From the NCBI GenBank assembly GCA_001275005.1, contig JWZX01002633.1, positions 1 through 34,730 on the forward strand: DNA of 34,730 nt, in the 5' to 3' direction. Within the stretch, counting starts at the first letter, position 1. Each line of letters opens with the position of its first letter. This document shows, one piece after another, positions 20,621-32,107 of this stretch. The notes beneath the pieces are model-generated. The model saw only the letters and a list, made by a program, of their open reading frames with translations. It ran no database searches and was not told the DNA's origin. The stretch is from Chrysochromulina tobinii (lineage: Eukaryota). The position numbers were made by a program, and so were the translations under genes.

Positions 20621-21554
20621 GGTGGCGGCACGAGGAGTGAGGAGGAGGCGTGACGGCAAGGTGCACGGGGGGCGAGCTCAGCATGCGAGCGGGCGCGAGC
20701 AGGGGGCGGACGTTGCCGCCTGGTGCCCTGTGTGCGTATAACAACGCCGCTTCATTAACCGTGTGACGCCCGCCGTGACCGCGTGTCACGCGGGGCCGGC
20801 GGCACCGCCGCTCGCCGGTCACACACCTGCACCCCGCGACACGCGCGACGTCCGAAGACCGACGCGCTAGGTCTCGTACCGGCGGCAGCCGCTAGGCCGG
20901 GCCGCCGCGCCTGGGCGCGCGCGCGCGCGCCGCGCGCGGTACCCAATTGGCGGTACCCGTGTATTCCTGGGCGCGATACGTCGTAGCGGTGGGTACTGCT
21001 CAACTGCTGCTGACCTGCTGACATCAACACAACGCGCGCACACACTCCGGACCCCCAAGCACGAGGGCCACGGTCACTATGGACGGAGGTGTGGCCGACG
21101 CAGCCCATGCTAACACACCCGTATGAACACAGGCCGTTAATCGGCGGAGCTTGGGGGAAGAGAGAGCGCCAGTATGTGCCTCGCGAACCTCCGCGCGGGT
21201 ACGCGTCGTAGGTACGCGGATGCACAGCGGAGCCGGAGGTAAGCCACACACGGTCAGCTAGCTTGGGCCTATAGGTATTTGGCTACCAAAGGAGCCAAGG
21301 TCGCTAGGTCGGTACTATCTTCATGTCTCTTTTGCAGTTTTGCTTTTCTAGGGACACTTCGGTGTGAACATGGCTCCGCACGAGCACTTTCCCAAACCTT
21401 ATCCTCGGTCCCGTGTGTCCTGTGTGTCCCGGCTCCCCCCGGTGTCTTTTTACCGTGACCGACCTTCGTTGAAGCGGCTGAAGGCTCACTGCAGACGACC
21501 GCGAGATTCGTCAACTTTTGGGGGGCCGCGGCTCGGGCGACGTGATCGGGCACC

Positions 21555-22394
21555 ATGGGCGACGCGTCGAGCGATCTCGCCAAGCTGTCCCCGCTGGAGA
21601 ATATTGGCATCGGGGTCAGTGCAGGCACCATCGAAGTGTGCATTCTCCAGCCCATGCTGTACTGCAAGAACGCCACTCTGCAGGGGCTGCCGTTCACCCT
21701 CAATCCAGCCGTTCTGTACCGGGGGCTCACGATGTCGATCATGAACATGTCCATCCTGACGGGCGCACAATTTCCACTCACGGGTGCGGTTTCCCGCGCT
21801 ATCACCGGTGGCGAGAGTCGGGGACTCTCGCCCAAGGAGCAGATTGGCGCTGGCTTTGTTGGCGGAGCCCTTTCAGGCTTCTTGTGCGCGCCAATGGAGT
21901 TGGTTATGATTCAGCAGCAGCGGAACGGAGGCGGGCTCCTTAGTACAGGCGGCCGCATAGTGAGCGATCACGGAGTGATGACCCTCTTCCGCGGCCTCTT
22001 CACCTCCTGCGGCCGGGAGGGTCTCTTTACTGCTGGATACCTTGGCGCGGCGCCCGTCATCGCTGAGGAAATACGGGAGCGATTCGGCATCGAGGGCAAG
22101 TTTGGAAGCTTCCTTGGTGCGTGCTGCGCCGGCTTGGTCGCGGCCACGCTCAGCCACCCGCTCGATACCGTCAAGACGTGCCTCCAAGGTGACGTGGCAC
22201 AGGAGAAGTTCCGAAGCATGCCCGACACGGTCACGACCCTCTACCAGGAAGGCGGGATGGCGCGATTCTTCAAAGGATGGTCATGGAGGACGGGCCGGAT
22301 GATCTGCGCGATCTGGATCATGGGCCAGTGCAAGGACCGCCTCGCGCCCCTCTTCTACCCGCACCACTTTCCTCCCAAGAAGCAGCCGATCTGA
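21555..22394 (+). CDS. Mitochondrial carrier family (SLC25) protein, 279 aa, substrate unknown
   Basis: Three carrier repeats: QPMLYCKN...LYRGL, APMELVMIQQQ...LFRGL, HPLDTVKTCLQ...FFKGW. Confidence 0.9.
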   Translation: MGDASSDLAKLSPLENIGIGVSAGTIEVCILQPMLYCKNATLQGLPFTLNPAVLYRGLTMSIMNMSILTGAQFPLTGAVSRAITGGESRGLSPKEQIGAGFVGGALSGFLCAPMELVMIQQQRNGGGLLSTGGRIVSDHGVMTLFRGLFTSCGREGLFTAGYLGAAPVIAEEIRERFGIEGKFGSFLGACCAGLVAATLSHPLDTVKTCLQGDVAQEKFRSMPDTVTTLYQEGGMARFFKGWSWRTGRMICAIWIMGQCKDRLAPLFYPHHFPPKKQPI

Positions 22395-22934
22395 CCTCAG
22401 ACATGCACTTTCGCGCTCCAGAATAGAGTATATTGCGCTAAAGACATAGCGAAGCTCACGACAAGCTCCAGCTCGTCGTATACAGCTCGTTGGGAAGGGA
22501 TCAATGCTTGCGCCGGCCTCTCCATCCCATTCCTATTTTCAAATGCGCTCTCGCGCGATGGAAGAGTGAGCCGAGATGATTGCCGAGATCATGACCGAGC
22601 TCCACTTGCCAGTTAGTCGTCCTTCGATTCTCCGACAAATCTCCGACAAAGGTTAACCGCGGACGGCCAAGCGGAGGGTGTCCGGCCGATGTACCTCAGA
22701 GTACTCCTTAGAGTTGCCTCTCGTGAAGCATGTGTGAAGATCTGTTCGCCAACTGCTACCCGCATCTTCGGCCCGGGCGGGGAGAGGTCGAGAGGTGTTC
22801 TTCGTGCATGTTGCTGCTCTGGGTGGGGGTTGCGGGCGTCTTTCCATATAAGGTATGTGCACTCAGTTGAGGCTTAGACCTTACTCCTTAGTGCAGTGCG
22901 CACGCCTAATATTAGACCCGGGGTACCCCCCGGG

Positions 22935-23813
22935 TCATCTCAAGACCCCGGGGCCGAGCACCCACGAGCCTGCGGACGTGTCCGAGAAGATCCTCGGTCC
23001 CATCTCCCTGATTGCCGCCCGCCCCGCCGCAATTGACTCCTCCGAAGGCAAAGGGAGCACGAGGCCCTCAAACCGGTTCTCGTCCGTGGCGCGCACGAGC
23101 TCGGCAAGGTCGTAGAAACCGCCGGGTGGCAGTGTGAAGCGGGCATGCTGCTGCAGCTCGACGCCGCAAGTGGCCGCCGCGAGCACGGAGAGAACGTTCG
23201 AATCGCCCGGTATGAGCACGACGTCCTCGCCCGAGTAGCACGTCTCGATCTTAAGGATCGTGTTGCGCAGCCGCGTGAAGACCTCGTTGAGCGAGTCGTT
23301 CGGTGTCCCATCATCGTTCGGTTCCGGAACATCGTCCATCGCATCGAGTTCACGCATGCGTGCGAGCGCTTGGGTCAAGGGGGTGCCGTCGAGCACGCCT
23401 AGCCCGCGCGCCTCGAGCCAGCGGAATTCAGGCTCCATACGAGCCCTTGGGACTGTGAGCAAGCTCGCCACAATCTCAGCAGTCTGTGTGGCTCGGGCGC
23501 CATTGTCGTAGAAGACGATCGGGCTGGTGATGCCTCGTGCCTGAAGCTCGCTGACAGTTTGACGAACCTGCTCACGGCCTCTGTCCGTCAGTCCGCGATC
23601 CGACACGCCCTTGTTGATAGGATTCGAATCCACGAGCCCTGCAGCCTCGAACGTGGTCTCGCCCGGTCGCAAGAGAATGTAGTGATTGCGGAGGCGTCCA
23701 AACCGTTCATCAATGAGCCGAGGCATCGCCATGGCAGCCGCCGGCCATCGGCACTGGAGTACCAGCGGGATGGTGTGAAGTAGCAGCGCCCGACGCGTCG
23801 TTGGTGCTGGCAT
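22935..23813 (-). CDS. Histidine-phosphatase/phosphoglycerate-mutase-fold protein lacking the catalytic His, probably plastid (thylakoid lumen-type RR signal)
   Basis: NHYILLRPGE in place of the RHG motif, GLTDRGREQV, RATQTAEIV, DSLNEVFTRL, EDVVLI; N-terminal TRRALLL...AAAMA resembles a twin-arginine signal. The true 5' end may involve an upstream exon. Confidence 0.75.
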   Translation of the reverse strand: MPAPTTRRALLLHTIPLVLQCRWPAAAMAMPRLIDERFGRLRNHYILLRPGETTFEAAGLVDSNPINKGVSDRGLTDRGREQVRQTVSELQARGITSPIVFYDNGARATQTAEIVASLLTVPRARMEPEFRWLEARGLGVLDGTPLTQALARMRELDAMDDVPEPNDDGTPNDSLNEVFTRLRNTILKIETCYSGEDVVLIPGDSNVLSVLAAATCGVELQQHARFTLPPGGFYDLAELVRATDENRFEGLVLPLPSEESIAAGRAAIREMGPRIFSDTSAGSWVLGPGVLR

Positions 23814-23989
23814 GCGCGAAAGTGCGGATAACGAGGCGCTTGCTCAGATCGGGTTTCGTCGTCACGAAATTTTGACAATGCGCATACTACGGCACACAGC
23901 GGAACACGAGGACAATGTTTATGACGTGCACTAATCTCCCTCAATCTCCGAAGCGGATTGAGAGATGAGGTCGTCCTTGGTCACTGCCC

Positions 23990-25420
23990 ATGTTCCTCCT
24001 CTGTGCCGCATCGGGCTTCCACGCCCCACGACTAAGTCCAGCGCCACAATTTTACGGAGTTCGTGCATCGGCGGCACCGCTCCTTCGGCTCGCCGATTCC
24101 GACCCTGAGGTCGCCGCCACCTTTGACTCGCCACCACCTGTGGACGCCGCCTCCTCGCTGCTGGACAAGCTCCCGGTTGTCGCTGCGGTCGGCACGCTAG
24201 CCACGACGCTGCTGCACTCGCCAGCGTTTGCCACCTTCGCAGCGCAGTGGCAGGCCATTGGCGCGAGTGGCGTGAGCGGCGACGGCTTCTGGGCGCCCTT
24301 CCAATTCTGGCTCTTTTTCGCGGCGATGCACCCGCTGCTTCAGCCGGCGCTGTGGATCAGCGAGGTGCTGCATGGCTCGCCGGGCCCGCAGATTGCAGAG
24401 CTGTTACCGGTGACGTTCCTGCTCGGCAACGTTGTTGTCATCGGTGCGCTCGCGAAGCTGCCGCAGGCGCGGACGGCCCTCAACGTGGCCTTAATTGGTC
24501 TCTTCATTAACTACGTGGGTACTGGCCTGGAGGGCACCAACGGGCTTGGAGATTACAATCTGGCGCTGGACGACGGGATCAAGGGATGCCCGACGTACGA
24601 GCAGGTGCGCCAGCCCACGATGGCGTCCTTTGACAAGACCAAGTACACTGGGCGCTGGTACGAGCACGCATTCCACGACTACACCCAATTCAAGGACACG
24701 TACGACGTCACTCTGGATATTGAGCTGTCGTCCGACAAGGTCAGATGAGCGCGCCAGCGCCGCGCGCGAGCTGCTCGCCTCCAATCGTATGAGCCCTTAG
24801 CCTCCACCATATGTCCCTCACTCTCGTCCCTCACTCTCGTCCCTCCCCCTTGCGAGTACCCTCCGACGTGTCAGACGCGCTGGCTCGATGACTTTAGTCT
24901 GCGCGGCCCTGCGCCCCTCGCCGCGCCGCGTTCTTGGGACAAGTCGCCCGTGGCCAACGGCGCGCACTACTTTCTGTACGGGCAGTTCGAGCCGGCACAG
25001 CCGGGCGTGCTCAGGGAGAGTGGCTTCGGCGTCACCTTTCCCAATTTCATCGTCGACGTCCAATCCGACGCGAGTGGAGCATATTCTGAGGCGATCCAGT
25101 TCCAGTGCCTCGAGCGTGGCGGGGTGCGCATCTTTGAGGGCATCAATTTCCTCTCACGCTCGCCCACGATGGCGCCTGCACAGCTCGACGCCATGTTCGC
25201 GCGCGCCGCGGCCGCGGGCATGGCGCCATACGGAGCGACACCCGAGCAGATGCACCTCGTCCCGCACCGGCTAACCGACGCCCCCCCGCTTGAGAATTCG
25301 TGGCAGCGCATGTGGGCAGCCTCGCCACTGCCAAGCCTGCTCGAGCTGCTCGAGGAGAGCTCGCACTCGAGCTTCGAGGACACGTCACTTGGCCGCGACG
25401 TGAGCAAGCTCGTCGAGTGA
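23990..25420 (+). CDS. Plastid-targeted membrane protein with a C-terminal lipocalin domain; exons 23990-24739 and 24875-25420
   Basis: MFLLCAASGF (ASAF-like bipartite signal); several hydrophobic helices; lipocalin SCR1 FDKTKYTGRWYE and SCR3-like INFLSRSP. Phase-0 intron 24740-24874 (GTCAGA...TGTCAG) is frame-consistent. Confidence 0.78.
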
Positions 25421-26143
25421 GCGCGAGCGCAGAGCGGCGTCGGGGGCTTTGCCGCCGCGCCGCTTCGTTCTACATTGATTCTCCATTCCGCCCAACCGCT
25501 GTCAGCGAATCGCGCAGGCCGCGGAGACAGCGCCCCGGGACGACCTCCAGCTCCACTGCTCACGTCGCCTGTGGCGCCGCGCGTCCGAGTGGCGTCATGG
25601 CGGATCGCACGAATTTGATCGTATGGTTAGCTCAACATCGATCGTTGAAGGTTGAACACGCACGCCAATCCGGCGGTGCGGGGCGCGCGAGATACGGGAT
25701 GTATATTACGATCTAGAAATATTTTACTAGGTTCGAGAACAACCTTCAACCTGCGGTGACCGGTGTGCGCTGTGCCTGTGGAGGCCGCGCGCCCGCGGCA
25801 CGTGTGCGGCCCGCCGGGCGGGAGCGGGGTGAGGCGGGAGCGCGGTCCGGGCGTCGCCAGCACGGCTCGCCGATCGCAAACGCGCGCTAAAAATATCAAT
25901 ACACATTCGCCTAGAACTGAAGTGTCAGGGAAGCCGCACGCACCGTCGCGCGGAGAAACGCGTCGCTAGACCAGACGGGCGTCACGCACGCACGAACCTT
26001 CGTGCTCCGCTCGGCTGTGGAGCGGGACGCGTCTCGCACCCACGGGCTCGCACCGCGACGGCAAGCGCAGTGGCGTATCGTCGTGTGGCGTTCGTGTCAG
26101 CCTCCCTCATGATGCGCTCGGCAACCAAGCCGCTGCTGCGCCA

Positions 26144-26695
26144 TTACACTAGATCGCGAGGAGCTCCCCGATGATCTCCACTCGGAGATAACTTGTTCGA
26201 AGATCGACTCTGCTGTGGGCGTGAATACGACACGGTATAGTCCCGAGGAGAATCCCGCGGAGACGGCATGGAGCTATATCGCTGCGCCAGCACGCACCAG
26301 AGGAAACCGCCACCCACCACCAAGACGCTCATCACGCAAGACGCGATCACCACGTCCAGCCAGAACCGAGCCTCGTCCACCGCAGGGCTCGTCACCATCA
26401 CGTAGAGCGTCGCGCCGGATGACGAGCGGCGGCTCTCTGCGAGCTCGGCTGCGCTATCGCTGCGAAAGTAGCAGCCGCTCGTCGCTAGCACCTGCGAGTA
26501 CACGAAGCCATGACAGTCCGCCACACGCTCGCAGGCCGTGATGCAGTCCGTCGGTATAATAGCGTTGGCAGCGAGAGGCACCGCAAAGTTGTGGCCGCTT
26601 GAGGCATCGTAGCCCTCAAATATTTCCCATCGTGCGATGACCTTCGACGGCAGCAAATGAAGCAGCGGCAGAATTAGCGACGCCTTACGGCGCAT
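26144..26695 (-). CDS. Small type-I membrane protein with a PAN/apple-like Cys domain, about 183 aa
   Basis: Signal-like MRRKASLILPLLHLL; DCITACERVADCHGFVY...GCYFR four-Cys PAN/apple pattern; TM FWLDVVIASCVMSVLVVGGGFLWCVLA; Ser-rich tail. Confidence 0.65.
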   Translation of the reverse strand: MRRKASLILPLLHLLPSKVIARWEIFEGYDASSGHNFAVPLAANAIIPTDCITACERVADCHGFVYSQVLATSGCYFRSDSAAELAESRRSSSGATLYVMVTSPAVDEARFWLDVVIASCVMSVLVVGGGFLWCVLAQRYSSMPSPRDSPRDYTVSYSRPQQSRSSNKLSPSGDHRGAPRDLV

Positions 26696-26895
26696 GGGCG
26701 GGCGTCCACCGACGATGAAAGTCGGCACCGTTGTGAGAGCTTCTCGTGTCCGACGCTCGAAGCCGACAGTGTTTGGCTCGTTTTGCGTGAACGAAAAAGC
26801 GATAGATTCGATTCGAAGACTGTCACATTCGGCGGTTAGTGCAATAACGGCATTTCACACTCATTTCACAGCGATTCCTTGCCCGGCGAGTTCGG

Positions 26896-28449
26896 ATGGC
26901 GACCTTGGTGCTGGCAGTAGGCCTCGTCACGCTGCCGTGGAGCCATCCAGTATCGCACGCGCGGCCCGTCGTGGCGTCAACGGTCCTTCGGCGTTGGCCT
27001 GTCGTCGTCGCCGCCGCCGACGTCGCCACAGAGCTGCCGCCGCCGCGGCCTTGGCCAGTGATTGCGAGCGCGGGCCAGTACCTGCAGGTGCAAATCTTCC
27101 GGCCGCTGCTCATGAACGCGCTCATTGCGTACTCGATCATCTCACGCCATGGATCGGGATCACCTACTCGATCGCAGCAGAAGAAGGCTGAGTATGAGGA
27201 GAACGGATCGCGCATCACCTGGGTAGGCGCGTGGGTGAACCTTTTTCTGGGCGTCTTCAAGGCGTTCGCAGGGGTATACGGCCACTCGACCGCCATGATC
27301 GCGGACGCGGGCCACACCTTTTCCGACCTCTTCTCGGACGGTCTCACGCTGCTCTCCGTGCGCATGTCCTCGCTGCCCGCGGATGTCGACCACCCATACG
27401 GTCATGGCAGGTTTGAGTCGGTAGGCTCGCTCGCCATCGGCACGTTGCTCATGGGCGTCGGCGGCTCGTTTGGCGCGTCCGCCATCGCCGCGCTCCGCGC
27501 CCCAGCCGTCGCGCCGCTCGGCAGCGTCGCGCTCTGGGCGGCCATCGTCTCTGTGGTCTCTAAGGAGGCACTTTACCAGGCGACCGCGGCGGTCGGGCGG
27601 CGAGTTCGCTCTCCCGTGCTGCTGGCGAACGCGTGGCACCACCGCTCGGATGCGCTCTCGTCGGTGGTCGCCGTCGTCGGCATCGGCGGCTCGATGATCG
27701 GCTGGCGTGTCCTCGACCCTCTAGCTGGCTTGCTCGTCGGCCTCATGGTCGCATGGATGGGCCTCAGGATTAGCCTCGAGGCCCTCGCGCAACTCACCGA
27801 CACGTCGGACTACGGCGTGATGCAGGCGGCGGGCGACGCGGCGCGCGCCGTCGTGGGTGTCGAGCACGTGGACCAGGTGCGCTCGCGCACGATGGGGGGC
27901 TCGTCGCTCATCGACCTCGCCATCCGGGTCGACCCACGTCTCTCGGCCTCGTCCGCCCATCGGCTCGCGGAGGAGGCGCGGCTCGCCGTGCTCAAGGAGG
28001 TACCCGAGGTCTCGGAGGTGCTCGTGCACGTGGATACGTCGCCGCACGACGTCTCGTGCCCGCTGCAGACCTCGCGGCTCGCCGAGACGCGCCCTCACCA
28101 TGTGGTCGAAGAGGACGTCGCTGCAAAGCTCTGTGAGCTGCCCGAGGTGATCGAGGTCTCGCGCGTCGACGTCTTCTACCTTCCCGCGGGCCTGGCCGTC
28201 GAAGCTCACGTGCGCATGCACGAGCACCTCACCGTGACCGAGCTGCGTGCGGTCGCCAAGACAGGGCGCCAGCGGCTGCTCGCCACGTCGCCCGACCTGA
28301 CCGACGCCGCCGTCTCCCTCGATCTCTCCGAACGCTGGGATCCATCCGAGGGTGAGGGGGCGGCGGCGCTCGGGGCGGCGCTCGGGGCGGAACCTCCCGA
28401 GGAAAGTTTGGAATGCGCGCCTGCGGAGCCGCCGGTGCCCACCCTATAG
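26896..28449 (+). CDS. Cation diffusion facilitator (CDF) metal transporter, FieF/MMT1-2/MTP6-like, 517 aa
   Basis: STAMIADAGHTFSD (TM2), HPYGHGRFE, ANAWHHRSD (TM5), LDPLAG; C-terminal dimerisation domain ending EVLVHVD followed by a second similar segment; N-terminal targeting-like extension. Confidence 0.93.
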   Translation: MATLVLAVGLVTLPWSHPVSHARPVVASTVLRRWPVVVAAADVATELPPPRPWPVIASAGQYLQVQIFRPLLMNALIAYSIISRHGSGSPTRSQQKKAEYEENGSRITWVGAWVNLFLGVFKAFAGVYGHSTAMIADAGHTFSDLFSDGLTLLSVRMSSLPADVDHPYGHGRFESVGSLAIGTLLMGVGGSFGASAIAALRAPAVAPLGSVALWAAIVSVVSKEALYQATAAVGRRVRSPVLLANAWHHRSDALSSVVAVVGIGGSMIGWRVLDPLAGLLVGLMVAWMGLRISLEALAQLTDTSDYGVMQAAGDAARAVVGVEHVDQVRSRTMGGSSLIDLAIRVDPRLSASSAHRLAEEARLAVLKEVPEVSEVLVHVDTSPHDVSCPLQTSRLAETRPHHVVEEDVAAKLCELPEVIEVSRVDVFYLPAGLAVEAHVRMHEHLTVTELRAVAKTGRQRLLATSPDLTDAAVSLDLSERWDPSEGEGAAALGAALGAEPPEESLECAPAEPPVPTL

Positions 28450-28784
28450 CGCCGCGACGTGCGCCACCTTCTTCAGAGCTCTATCGTTGCGGAGGTCTAT
28501 GGTGCATACGTCTGGTCACAGAATTCGAATCAAGGAAGAGGATGCCAGACGGCGGCGCGAGCACCCTGCCGAAGGACTCGGGCTGTACCACTCATCCTAA
28601 TGTTGGGCGTGAAGAAGCTTTCCTAATATGGCGCGTGCGGGCTTCCTAATCTGGGGGGCGTGCGGGGCTTCCTCACCCGCATGCACGCATGCTGTTGGAC
28701 AGTGGCTCTCTCTCTCTGATCTGCGGTCTGAATGATCTCCCATGGAACTCCATACCGCATGTGGCATGATCTCATGAGCGCCCG

Positions 28785-28812
28785 CCTAACCCGAACCCGA
28801 ACCCGAACCCAA
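28785..28812. repeat. Short interstitial telomere-like repeat CCTAA(CCCGAA)n
   Basis: CCTAACCCGAACCCGAACCCGAACCCAA; one-base variant of CCCTAA. Confidence 0.6.
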
Positions 28813-29712
28813 TCTTATGGGCGCCCGCAAAACGTGGACCTAACGTGGACCGTCGGCACGGAGACGCCTTGCGCGGACCTCGGCAGACGGCAGCACGGAA
28901 CCCTGCCACCTCGTGCGGACCTCGCGCGGACGCCCGTCCCGGGCCTCGCGCCCTGCAGCTTGCTCGGGTATTGCTCGGGGATCGCAAGTGTCGCCGCACG
29001 CTTCGCCTGGTGCTGGTCGGGCGCGAGGAGGCAGTGGCGCGCGAGGCTAGCGGCCGAGTAACGGCCGAGGCGGGCGCCGGCCTGCCGCCCGGTCGCCGCC
29101 GACGGTCCCGATCGAGTTTGGCGGCCGCGGGGCGGCTGTTGGAGTTGCCGTTGGCCCCCCGCCAATCGGCGGCGCGCCCACGGATCGCACCCGCCCGCCC
29201 TGGAGCGTGGTTAGAGCGTGGTCCGTGGACCGGACAGGCCGCGAGCCAAAGGCAGCCTCGTAGCCGCTGTTCTCTTGGACGCGGCTTGACCGCGGCGTCC
29301 ACGCGTCCTGAAACACATTTCTCTCTCTATCAGATTGTTCATTCACACATTGCACGCGACACCCACACTACGGTCACGCCATGGCTCGGCCTACAAAGCG
29401 CACACACAATGCTCATACCGACCCCGGGAGACTCGATGCGACAGTCCGAGCGCAACACATGCATCGTGCATAGGGGACGCACGCGACTCGCCGGTCGCCC
29501 GCGCGCGTACAATGCCTCGCCGCGAAGGCGTGCAGCACGAGAGCGCTCGTGTGGAGCGTCCACAAGCCGGGTCTAAAGAGAATCCTGCCCGAGAGACCCC
29601 TCCCCCGAAGGTCACAAGCACGCATATTGCTGCATGTCGCTTCACCAACTCGCCGTCGAGCAGCCAAGCCGCCAGCCCTCGCAGCACCGAGAGCGCGAGG
29701 GAGATGATTTTA

Positions 29713-31200
<1,488 letters not shown>

Positions 31201-31399
31201 TGTGCTGATTCAGAAAAGAACGCAAGCAGCGCAGTGCAGCGGCTTCCTCTGAGCGGGTGCATTCACACGAAGATGTGCTGACCATTTTCGTGAACACTGG
31301 CACGGCGCGAGAAGTTGAGGGTCGAGTCGTGAGTCCGGCAATTCAAACACACGAGCTGGCCTCCCAAAATTGGCTATAGGAATAGGAGCGGTCGCCCAC

Positions 31400-31781
31400 A
31401 GTTCAAGTTCTTTTTTGAACTTGAACTTCAAGAATTCAAGTTCATGTCAAGAGAGAACTTTGTAACTTACTAAGCTACCTACACATTGGCAGGACCCCCT
31501 GAGTTGCGGTGGGGGAATTTCATGTCAAGTTCAAGTTCAAGTTCAAGTTCAAGTTCAAGTTTCTATCTGTACTCTGAGGGCACGCAGGCTAGTACCCTGT
31601 GGCGTGTCTCCTCCTGGTCTCCTTCCCGCTCGTGCTCCTTCCGTTGTGTCTCATCTTCTCCGTCGACTCACTCACCCCCACTGCAACACTTTAACACTGC
31701 TAGCCTCGAGAGCACTTTCGATAGGCTTCCGTTAGGTTGTCTGTTGTTTATGTTCTAGAAACTTGAACTTCATCTTGAACT
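31400..31781. mobile_element. 382-bp non-autonomous insertion with inverted termini and an 8-bp target-site duplication
   Basis: Starts AGTTCAAG (31400), ends CTTGAACT (31781); flanked by TCGCCCAC at 31392-31399 and 31782-31789; internal (AAGTTC)n array at about 31527-31561. Confidence 0.75.
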
Positions 31782-31869
31782 TCGCCCACAGGACACCCTG
31801 CGACATTGAGCCGACATTCATACCATCGCTGTGGGTGCACTTCTGCTTTGCTTTGACGGTGGGAAGGTG

Positions 31870-32094
31870 GAGTGATGTTTTGTTGTTTTCACGGCGCGCT
31901 CACGAGACATGAACTTTTTGAGGGGCAAACGGAAACGCGACGAAATAACGCGAAACACGGTCATTGAAGTTACGGTATTGATACTGAATGATATCTAGTA
32001 TTGAAATCCATAAATCGGTCTTTTCTTTTACATGTATTGACAAGGGTTTATTGAAAAACCGCCTCGTGCAATATAACCGCGAAACACATCTCTA
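31870..32094. mobile_element. Degenerate AT-rich DNA-transposon-like end
   Basis: Repeated GCGAAAC/CGAAA and TATTGA motifs; ends CACATCTCTA (reverse complement TAGAGATGTG). No clear TSD. Confidence 0.3.
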
Positions 32095-32107
32095 AAATTG
32101 ACTCTAA

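Noticed and set aside
20621..21500. Short ORFs between PSMA2 and the carrier gene
   Set aside because: No domain motifs or consistent splice model; treated as UTR/intergenic.
22915..22936. 9-bp GC hairpin at the stop codon of the PGM-fold gene, terminator-like
   Set aside because: No U-tract, and intrinsic terminators are not expected in a nuclear gene; probably chance or local duplication.
28732..29700. Overlapping 100-240 aa ORFs between the CDF gene and Rab11
   Set aside because: Arg/Pro/Ala-rich text in all frames with no motifs; probably UTR or intergenic.
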